Positions 54,147 through 64,000 of a stretch of DNA of 64,000 nucleotides are shown one piece after another. Every line of letters starts with the position of its first letter. Within the stretch, counting starts at the first letter, position 1. The notes under the pieces were generated by a model, which saw nothing but the letters and a program-made list of their open reading frames with translations, was not told where the DNA came from and made no database searches. A program made the translations under genes and the position numbers. The stretch is taken from contig RDEW01000004.1 of assembly GCA_011109175.1 (NCBI GenBank), forward strand, positions 163,976 to 227,975, written 5' to 3'. The DNA comes from Dicyema japonicum. Its lineage: Eukaryota; Animalia; Dicyemida.

Positions 54147-55979
54147 CAGTATGACCTCTATTTGGGGCACCTATTTAAAAAAATGCCCCAAAAACAGAGG
54201 TTTCCCCAAAAATGGAGGTTCGGCATTTTCTTTAGATTTATCTACAGTTTAACAATTTAAATTTGCTTTTTATTAAATTTATAGATAAATAATGTTTTTT
54301 TATATAGATTTTTCAGAATTATATTAAAAACAAATTTATTTAACGATAGGAAAATAGTCTGTTAATTTCCCTCCGGTTGCGGATTTTTTCATTTGCATTC
54401 CTAATATTTTTCTGAAATTATAATAATCTTTCAAAGTTTCAGGAAACAAATTGAAAATGTTCTCTTTAAGTGTATTCATCGCTGTTATTGTTTCCAAATG
54501 AGAATAGGTACATTTTACTCCGTCGTATATATTCTCGTCATCATTTTCTACTTCATTTTCAGTATATCTGTAATTATGTTATCTAAACTCTCCAATTCAT
54601 TATTCACCAATGATAGAGTTTGAAAACGACATCAATTTTCTTCCAACAATTAGTAATTGATTCAGAGTGTATTTGTTGTCTTCCCAACAATAATGATTAT
54701 TTGTCTGAGATTTACTTGCTTTAAATTCAACATTGTAAACTTATCATCCTCAAAAGATAGGGTAAAATCCATCAAATTATTTAAATAATTGGATTTGAAC
54801 GATTTAATAACTATCTAAGGGTTGAATTAATGATGTTGCATTTTTTGGCAGAAAAAATAGCTCAATGTTAGAAAAATGATTATTCTTGTGACAACTTGCA
54901 TTGTCAAGCAAAAGGACAATTTTTCGGTTGTGTTGAATCATTTCTTCGTTGACAATGTTCAACCAAGTAATAAATATATCAGATGTCATCCAACAATTTT
55001 TAGAAAACGAATATAAAACTCCGTGCTCTTCAGGGTTAAAATTTTTCATACAACGTGGGGATTTATATTTTCCTATTAATAATGGCTTCAATTTTTCGCC
55101 ACAAGCACTGACCGACAAAAGAATAGTGACTTTTTCTTTACTCTTTTTAATTCAAAAACAATATTGATCTGAAGTTACAAATGATTTTGATGTTATTCTT
55201 TTAATGTACAATCCCGTTTCATCGCAGTTGAAAATATTTTGAATACCATAGTTATTAACATAGTCATCGTACTTATCAAAAAAATTCCAAGGCAAGAAAT
55301 ATCACACGAATTTTTTTCACCATTTATTGTCTTAAATGACAAATTGTGTCTTTTCTTAAAATTTTCAAGCCAACTATTCGAACCTCTGAATGAAGTATAG
55401 TTCAAATTCCTAGCTACCTTTATAGCAATGTTTTCAAGAATAGGTACTGAAACGGGAATAAATTCTTCCCTTGCTTTAAAAAAGCATTCACAAACAATTT
55501 TATCGAATTTCTGTGACAGACTGTCTCTTCTCTGTGAAATTTGACTAAGACAATTTGATTGTACGGACCCATTATTTATAAAGTTCATATAATTTTGTTT
55601 AATTCTAGATACTGCTCCTAAACAATAGAATTATCAGATAACCTTTACTAATTTATACTTTTTGACAATATCTCGTTCGCTCATGAAACAATTTTCGTTG
55701 ATTTCTTGGGCAATTTTAAGCTTTAACTCCAGAGTAAGCGTTCTCCCCATGACAACAAAAACGCAAATCTAGCACGCGAAGTTTAAGAAAATTTATATAA
55801 TTAAATTTAATATTAATTGCAAGACTTTATATAAATTAAAAAAAATTAAGTGCCCCACTAAGAGGTTCAGGTAATTTCCAAATTTAGAAATTACTGTATA
55901 AAAAATGATCTAATTTTCAAACTGCCCCAAAAATAGATGTGCCCAATGAGGAGGTCCGCCCCAAATGGAGGTTGCACTG
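54147..55979 (-). mobile_element. pogo/Tigger DNA transposon, near full length, TA TSD
   Basis: TIRs CAGTATGACCTCTATTTGGGGC and CAGTGCAACCTCCATTTGGGGC flanked by TA. Transposase from ATG 55750 with HTH, WLENFKKRH, FNCDETG, LLLDNASCH, LIQPLD; several frame breaks. Confidence 0.92.
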
Positions 55980-56664
55980 TACTACATTCATTCCGAAAAG
56001 TAGCCAATCGTAAATTAATAACTTAGCCACAAATAACTCGCCGGCAGGTTTTTATGAGTTAGCCTCCTTTGGAACTCTATGGGGATAGTTCGACTTTGTT
56101 GTTATGGTTACGGATGGCACTATTTTCCCGTTAAGTTTTAGTCTTCCAATTCAACTTCCACTCCATTCTTGGGGACACAAGCAAGTGCAAACCATCCTCA
56201 ACTTGTGTAATCTTAGTGCAATCCTTGGAAATCGAATCAAGACATCGAGTCTACGATAACTGAGATCTTAAGGATCTTTGACTGATGATGAACCTCATGG
56301 TAGTCCGATTTGGGTTACGTCGTTATTTCAGCATTCAAGTGAACCATATATCGTAACGGATCCTCCTTGATCTAGTGGGCATGACTTCGTTGTCTCTGCG
56401 GAGAGCATGGAGTGGTCAATTATGCGGATATAGCCTCGGAGTGGATATAACCTTTCTAAAAAACCCAAGATTTAAAGATAATCTTTTATAAGGAGATAAC
56501 TTTGTGATAAAAGTCACAATATATTTTTTCAGTGATAACGACGAATAAAATATTATCTTATTTTTTTTAAATAAAAATTATAAAGAATAATAATAAATAT
56601 TTAAAAAACTTACTAATTTATTCAAGAATTTGAATTCACTTTGTTGTTATATTTCGCATATTAA

Positions 56665-57245
56665 ATGGCAAGTAAAAAGACAATGAAAAAAGCCTCAAAG
56701 GAGGCAACAAAGAAGCACATCAAACATATTTGCGATGATTGAGACTGACCAGATCAAGAGATTCAAGGAGGTCTTTGCAATTATCGACCAAGATAACGAC
56801 GGAATTATTTCAAAGAATGACCTCAGAAACACATACAACAGTCTAGGTAGGAAATTTATCTCTATTGGCAGGAATAAATCCTAAAGAGGGTGATCTCGAC
56901 GAAAATGCTGGCTGAAGCTCAGGAAATCTTAATTTTACAATGTACTTGGCCATGTTTGGGGAGAGACTGAAAGAATCTGACCCCGAGAATGTAATTGCCA
57001 GTGCCTTTGCCTGTCTGGACGCTGAGGGAAATGGTAGTGCTTCCGTTTTATTTCACAGGGTACTTAATGGAGGACGAACTGAGGGGATATTTGACTTCAA
57101 TGGGGCAGCGAATGACTGACGATGAGGTACCGCACCGTCTGACTCGTAGATCGACATAATTTTCAGGGATGCCAAAGTAAAGGACCAGAAGCTGTTGTAC
57201 AAGGAGTGTGCGGCTATGCTCAAGCAGGGGCGGAAGGATGAATAA
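56665..57245 (+). CDS. MRLC: Myosin II regulatory light chain
   Basis: (A)[64 protein letters not shown]. Three 23-25-nt introns; at least three 1-nt indels. Confidence 0.9.
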
Positions 57246-57626
57246 ACTAATTTGATAATTTAACAAAAGTTGTTCTGTGTGGTCTATTAGAATTTATTAT
57301 ATTAAATTTCCGTTATTGGATAGAATTATTGATTAATTTAGAATTATTTTATAAATTTTTTTGTTGCATCAAAATATTGATCTAATTTTTTCTACTTTGA
57401 TTGAGTCTAAAGGACTACTCGGGCTCTTGGCATCCTCTACCGATAGGTTATCATTTATTTTAGGAAGCTTCATCCTGCCCGGACCTCCTGTGGAAGCGTC
57501 CAGCACTAGGGACCCCTGGGACAGCTGGCCTCCTACAAGGAAACTAACTAATGTTCCACATTTGAAGAGTTGAAGAAAGTCATGCGTTTGTTGGGCTGCG
57601 TTTTGGAAACCGCATCGATGTGTATT

Positions 57627-58484
57627 AGCCGTGTCCATCAAAATGGCCTCCATTCAAAATGGCCTCCAATTAATTTTTTCAGGTTTTGGATAAGTTCATC
57701 AATAAACCATCACGAGATTTTAGCAAAACGACATCTTTAGGTAAAAAAAGTCATCTTTTTTAAATCTTATAAAAATTGATTTTACCAAGGTCCTCGACAT
57801 CTTTAGGTAAAAAATCATCTTTTTTAAATCTTATAAAAATTGATTTTGCCAAGGTCCTCGACATCTTTAGGTAAAAAAGTCATCTTTTTTAAATCTTATA
57901 AAAATTTATTTTAACGGGTCCTATGGGTAAGTGGAACATTTTACCATGGTCCATATCTCAATTGGAGGCTGGCACAAACGTTTTTAGAAGTACATTTGGA
58001 CACTAAACAAGATTCCAAGAAATTTTGTAAAAGAAATTGATAAAAGAAGAAAGCATAATGATAAAATTCTTAAGATACGAAATGGAGAAAAAATTCTTAG
58101 AAAAACTAAACATATTGCTTTATCTGAGAATACATTGAGATTTGTTTAAGAACAAATGTTACTTAACTTGGATCCGATAGAATATATATTCAATTTAGTT
58201 ATATATTCTATTACATTTATAATTATTTTCTATTTTTCCTTTTGAAAATAAATCTTTCATTTTAAATTTAAATAAAAATATTTTAAAAAATAAATGTTTA
58301 CCTAAAGATGTCGAGGACCTTAGGAAAATCAATTTTTATACGATATAAAAAGATGACTCTTTTACCTAAAGATGTCGAGGACCTTGGTAAAATATCTCGT
58401 GATGTCTATTGATGAACGTATCCAAAACCTGAGAAATTTTATTGGAGGCCATTTTGAAGGAGGCCATTTTGAATGGGAACCGTA
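57627..58484. mobile_element. MITE/foldback-like element with long TIRs containing ~65-bp subrepeats
   Basis: Left (TCAAAATGGCCTCC)x2...(CGACATCTTTAGGTAAAA...CCAAGGTCCT)x3; right arm is the reverse complement with ~2 units; TA-like ends. Confidence 0.8.
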
Positions 58485-59431
58485 TTAGCACTTGGAATTT
58501 AACCTATGTATGTCCGACCGCTGAACAAATTTTAATTGAGTAAACTCTAAGAGTTGGAAAGCATTTGGGGATCAACGTAAAACATCCCCAATGCTGACTA
58601 CTCAATCGAATGATAAGGGGGTAATCTAATTATTGGCTTTTACTAAGGATTCCAGTCCGAAGATACTATAACCCAACATCACCCGACATATCCATTTCTT
58701 CCTTAAAAATTGAACCACAAATTGGAGGAACGTTTTCTATGACTTCCACGATGATTACAATCCGATTACACTATGGATTAACCGCTTTAAAAGCCCACGT
58801 TGGATCGAATTAGTTCACACAATAAGAGGTTGACGGACAGAACATAATCATCAATTTAAGCATTTTCGTTTCCCATATTCATGACCTCCGAAATTCTAAT
58901 TTTGAGTATCCTTTCAATATATTATCTCACATTAGCTGGTATTGCCTCCAAGTTTATGAGAATTAACAGGGAATCGTTGGTTTTTTATTAATTCAATAAT
59001 TCCTAAAGAAAATTCTCGATTTGTAAAGGATCGTTATTAATTGGGGATCTTTTATGGCTTCTTTTCACTCTGACTGAGCAATCATTTGTTACTAAATCCA
59101 TCTACGATTTCAATTTCGCTTCCTTATTTGGTAGAATAGTGGTTTATGGGTTTGAACCAACTCCCCATCTTCAAAATCAGAGAAACCTGGTGGATGCCCA
59201 ATATCAGAAAACATTTTTTTTCAATTCCGAGGCTCCAATTAGTATATCAACATGGTGGTGAAAGGATCGTCTCCTCAAACTCTATTCCCAACAAATGTAA
59301 GAAATCGCATATTTAACCTGATCTAAAACTTGGTTTCCCATACATCATACCCCCATATAAACCAAAAGTTTCCCATACATCATACCCCCATACTCATGAC
59401 GGGCGCATTATCGTAAAGTTAGAACTTCTGT

Positions 59432-59864
59432 TTTTTTGGTTGAGGTGGTGACGACGCCTATATTACACTATGTCTTATTCGTATTCCTTACCGACTTCTC
59501 CGTTCACTCTGGGATCTTTTAATTGGATCTAACAAAATATGACATCTCTGTCTGCTGTTACAAGAGACAAAAACGACCGTACAATCAACAGAACTGTTTG
59601 GCAGATTCCATCTTTTCACCCTCCACTGGTCTTCTCACATTATGATTTCGGATTTTCAGTCCATCAGATCTGATTCGCTGTGTACAATAGTGTGGGCAGC
59701 ATCTGACATTATAATGAAAATGGCGGACACATGAACTACCTAGAGAACTAATGCGCAACGGAAGATCATGTTCGCAGCTGACGAAGAGGATGACTCGGAA
59801 TACGGCACAAGGGAAACTTAACTAATTTTATGTTTTCTCGAGAGTGCTTTTTAATAATTAATAA
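59432..59864 (+). mobile_element. Internally deleted RTE derivative retaining both termini
   Basis: 5' TTTTTTGGTTGAGGTGGTGACG, APE start remnant (V..LQETK), 3' GGCACAAGGGAAACTTAA and GAGTGCTT. 12-bp TSD TAGAACTT(C/T)TGT. Confidence 0.8.
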
Positions 59865-60667
59865 TAGAACTTTTGTCACGCATAAACAACCTGGGGGTTT
59901 GATTGTCGACATTCTGTATCCCGGGAAAAGTTCACATATAATATTTTACTACCGACCGGAGACAAGATGATATAGAACTCAATCTTTAGGGAGAATTTAC
60001 CACCATACAAGGAAAACAAAACTATGGAACTAACCTTTAATCTCCTGAACTCATTTTCCGCCAAAAAGGACGTCCTCAAATATTATAAAAACTGTCTTAA
60101 CGTCAGAGCTTCAACCGTAACAAAATGTGCCTCCACCCCGTATAACTTCCTGAAACCGACGCCTATGCTTCGCGGGCCTATGGTGTGTCAGTTTCAAATT
60201 ACAAAACTGTAAACTCTCTAAGAAAATGGTCCGTCTACCTCACATCAAAATTCACTTCTTCCCTATTCTACTCGACTCATGTCTGCGGTGTCGAATTTGA
60301 TCGTCTTTTTAGATCAGCGGTAGAAGCCGTTGAAACCGGAAGAAACCCACATTCTGGATAGAAGAAAACAGTGGGAACCATGGAGAAATATCACAAAATT
60401 TTGCGTGACTGTCCTAAATATGGGGATCACTTGATTAGTCGGTTTAACTATTTCTCGGTGTTCCCTTTTTTGGAGTTAAAAAATCAAGTGTGGGGAGTTA
60501 GCAAAAAACTAATTGAAAAAATTGATGTAGAAACTGTTCACTCGGCAGACAAAAATGAAAAGCATCGCGAAATTCTGTTTTAAGGGCGAAACGACAAAAA
60601 AGGCAATGTCGTGTAAAATTCTTAAGACGAAAAGGCATATTTTTTTAAAAAAAAAAAAATCAAAATA

Positions 60668-61398
60668 CACTCGACCCTCGCAAATTGGCCAATTTTTAAT
60701 TTAAATTTAAAAAAATAAAAATTTAATTAACACATGTAATCCAATTCCTTTCGTGGATGCTGTACTCGACTTACTTTTAAAGAAAAAACTGAAATTGTTA
60801 ATTGTAAGGAAGAAAATGATGACATTACGTGACAGCGATTAGCTGATAGATTCTCAAGCATATTCCGAAAGACAATATTAATAAAAACAATAAATAATCT
60901 TTTACTGAAGAAGGACACTAGACGATCAGGAATTGTTTTAAAGTTTTTAATAACTCCAATAACGAAATTTTTGAAATTGATATTAATGATGCAATAATCA
61001 GAAGAACAGACATTTTCGATCCTTTCAAAGTTGAGGATTTTTAAATATTGAATACACAAAATTAAACATTTATTGAAAATCAAAATCCTTTAGAAGATTC
61101 TGAAAATAGTGAACAAGAATTTGAAAAAACAAGTCATACAGACAAAATGATATTGCAGTTAGATTAACTGAAATAGAGAGGGAACTCTTAGCCAATGTAG
61201 AGAATGAACATGAAGTTGCAAGTATTATCGAAAAAAACAGATAAGAATTACATTTTATTTTAATAAAACTTAAATACGTTATTTTGTTCATTTAAGGCAA
61301 TTATTTGCTATTGTTCTTCAAAATTATTGATTTTATTTTTTCAAATAGGCCACAAAATTCTAAGGAACTAAAAATGCCTAATTTGCGAGGGTCGATTG
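60668..61398 (+). mobile_element. Non-autonomous Tigger derivative, TA TSD
   Basis: TA|CACTCGACCCTCGCAAATT ... AATTTGCGAGGGTCGATTG|TA; same family as 37352 and 34640-35380. Confidence 0.82.
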
Positions 61399-61805
61399 TA
61401 CACGTGAAATAATAAAACAGAAATTTCTATCCATACAAGATCTTAGTGGCAAATGACCGTCATGTTGGATGTTCTAAACTTAAAATAAAACTGGTAGTTC
61501 CCTGGTTCAGTGGGCAACAAATTCTTAGAGTTATGGCAGAATTCAGTTAATGACTTTAATGGTTTCCGTAGGATAAATTGGATTTCATTAAGAAACTGCC
61601 GATAAATCAATTAAATCGATTGAGAAACCAGGGGGTAACAGAAAAGTAGCAGCCAAAGGGGGATGTTCAAGAGATCATCCAAACGTATCTCACATGGGCA
61701 GATCATACCAAGAGGTGGGTCTCTTGTGGTCTAGCAGGCAGGATGGGGGTATTATAGAAATGACTTAAAGGAAGATTTACTAAGAAAACATTTAAAGGGG
61801 TTAAA

Positions 61806-62442
61806 TCAGATTTTAAATAACTTTTTGAATAAATATATGAGATTTTTCGATTTAGTGTCGTATATCATATTACTAGAAATATTCTTGGATGGCTGGGAGG
61901 CTTTCCTCAAAATATAATTCTTGGATCTTTGGTTTTTTAAATCAAAATATATTTTGAGAATCTTTGAGAAAAACATCTTCACTGAGTCACCGTCCATGGT
62001 AGAGAAAATATAGGTGGTAAAGGGGAGCTTGGAGTCTTTTTCAATAGAGATTGCACTAGTGACTGGGTCCATAACATTCGCCACAAATGCTATGAACGGT
62101 AAAAACTTTTGTCGCAGGTCCTCGATCTGCTTCAAGATATCCATCGCCTTTTTGTAAGAGAATCTGTCCCCTTCTTATAGACTATAAGTATAATATCAGC
62201 CTCCATGATTGAAATTTCATCATAACTGTGCTGGAAAATGCACCACATGTGTCCACCATCTTGAATGATGTGTCGCATTTGTTGTCGATGTTTACTTCAT
62301 AGGTGTCCCCAACTGTTGGAATATAAGTCACCACTTTCGCCCCCCACAAATAATTTGAAATTAGCGATGTTTTTCCCACCATTTTGTATCCCATCACATA
62401 AATTTAAAGCTGTATAACTATTGCCAACCTATTGTCGCTCAT
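61806..62442 (-). CDS. Ras-superfamily small GTPase, Di-Ras/RASD-like, divergent
   Basis: G1 GYKMVGKT, G2 YIPTVGDTY, G3 DTCG, atypical G4 NVMD; some indels. Confidence 0.72.
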
Positions 62443-62587
62443 TCCACAAAACACAGTCTATGACACGTGTCTTTCTATTTAGCAAGAATCTATTTTAGGA
62501 GTAAGCGCACAATAAAGTGTTCGAAAATATCTTATCGATTTCGATATTATTAGATTTATTTAATTGATTTATTATTAACATTTAAAT

Positions 62588-62648
62588 CGGATGCACTTAA
62601 TTAGTTGTTTACTTTAACTTCTTTCTCGGTGTATCCGGGGTTAATAAA
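62588..62648 (+). mobile_element. 61-bp 5'-truncated retroelement tail with 12-bp TSD
   Basis: Near-identical to 48911-48970; TSD TAACATTTAAAT at 62576-62587 and 62649-62660. Confidence 0.75.
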
Positions 62649-63479
62649 TAACATTTAAATTAATTAACATTTTGAATTGGAAACGTGTTTCGCAACTAGT
62701 GCCAACTCCGTTCGAGGAACTTTGAGGAGAATGGGAGCCCATTTGAAACCTCAAATTTCCGAAAAGTGGATCATCCATACAGGAAGTGTGCCGGCTCTCG
62801 GGAGGAACACCGAGAAAAGATGAGGCGGGTGCTTAAGGAGGTCGGGATCACCTGACAGGTGATTCTTGTCTTCAAACAAATAAATGGGAAATATGGGATC
62901 ACGTGGGTAGTTAGTTTGGTGCTATCGTGGTCTTTTGAATTTTTCATTTCCGTGCTGTTTCTGTCTTAAAATTTGGACACGAAAAAACTCCCTAATGAAC
63001 TGTGTATTCTATTCAAATCTTATAAAAACTCAAAATGTGGGCTTACGATTAATTATTGGCTGTAACCTGTGTACATCGGTACACCATTGCTTTTGGAAAC
63101 TTTTATCCTTCCAATGGAAGATCACCTTTGCTTCGAAACCTACAATTCCTGAATGACTTAACAAATCATGTGCGTCCATGAAATGACCTACTGAAGAAGA
63201 AATCTAAGATTTATTGTTTCTACAGTATGGACAGCTGCCAGATGCTAGAGAAGACTCTCCCATCTCAGAAGTCCTCCATAACAAAGACGATCCATGATTT
63301 TACATCAGCTCAGGCCTTTCTTTGCTTAAGAAGAAACACCTTGCTTGATAATCCTCCCCACCAATATATGATTCATAAGCCTAAGTGACTTGTAGGAAAA
63401 CCCAGCACTATCAGCCCGACGCTTGATGGCAGTCGGCCTTCTACATGTTATGATGTGGGGAAACCATTTAATTGAAAAA

Positions 63480-64000
63480 ATGCAAGCGTGGTCTCTTGCG
63501 AGTTACCCGAAGGGGCGTTCCTATTTCGAACAGGAATAAAAAGAATAGTCAACTTCTCCCCACCACTCTGGATCGTCATTTGTAGTGGTTCCCTTAACTT
63601 ATGTGACCCCACATCAAACGTCATCAAACTAACCCGCCTTCATTATTGAATAATTTATTATGCGGTGACCTTAATGCGCGATACCCTTTCTAGTTAACTT
63701 CAAAGTCCTCTTACAAACAAGGCGAGCTCATCACAATGTCTTGAATGACCACCTAAACTCTCGCACACTCACCCTCATAAAACGAAGAAACCTTGTGATG
63801 CTGACCGATGGACTCGAACTCTTTGAAAACCATCAGTTAACTTAATATAAACATCAGCTTGAGCACAGAGAACATCAGGAACAGATCGACACCTGCTCAG
63901 TCACCTTAACAGGAAAAATTCATCTCTCCAATTCTGGAAAACACTAAAAATGATTAAATTAGAGGATGTAAACGGAATCGAAAAGCTTTCTCCAGAACAC
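63480..64000 (+). mobile_element. Degenerate LINE APE domain, runs off window
   Basis: LLCGDLNAR motif with an upstream RGxGV-like remnant; many stops. Confidence 0.45.

Noticed and set aside
35703-57245. Calling MASTL, BCS1 or MRLC pseudogenes, or invoking C-insertion RNA editing
   Set aside because: The indels hit essential genes, fall in homopolymers on both strands and include different bases and an insertion, which is the pattern of sequencing error.
59333-59392. 25-bp direct repeat GTTTCCCATACATCATACCCCCATA
   Set aside because: A simple local duplication with no further structure.

Overview
AT-rich eukaryotic nuclear DNA from an animal: it encodes COE/EBF, PLC-gamma, Greatwall and myosin regulatory light chain. 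Genes are split by extremely small spliceosomal introns (almost all 21-26 nt, GT-AG). Ciliary genes (CFAP99-like, CDKL) plus micro-introns best fit a ciliated, genome-reduced parasite such as a dicyemid mesozoan (inference). Supported host genes: VCP/CDC48, CDKL kinase, COE, PLC-gamma, BCS1, a C2H2 zinc-finger gene, Greatwall/MASTL, an mS34-like mitoribosomal protein, CFAP99-like, a kinesin-13-like motor, myosin RLC and a divergent Ras-family GTPase. Much of the remainder is nested mobile DNA: two full-length RTE-like LINEs with TSDs, an Ingi/L1Tc-like LINE, HERO/NeSL-type REL fossils, several pogo/Tigger elements, hAT and Merlin-like remnants, two foldback-like palindromes and a tRNA-headed SINE family. 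Highlights: (i) a textbook 58-nt AT-AC (U12-type) intron in PLC-gamma amid micro-introns; (ii) an Ingi-like element with a covarying, HDV-topology pseudoknot RNA upstream of a 2A (DVEPNPG/P) motif and the APE domain, plus a ~315-bp apparent non-autonomous partner sharing that 5' RNA; (iii) a COE protein lacking its HLH domain. Many conserved genes carry single-base indels, most likely assembly errors, so frameshift-based pseudogene calls are unsafe here. All annotation was done by eye, without database searches.
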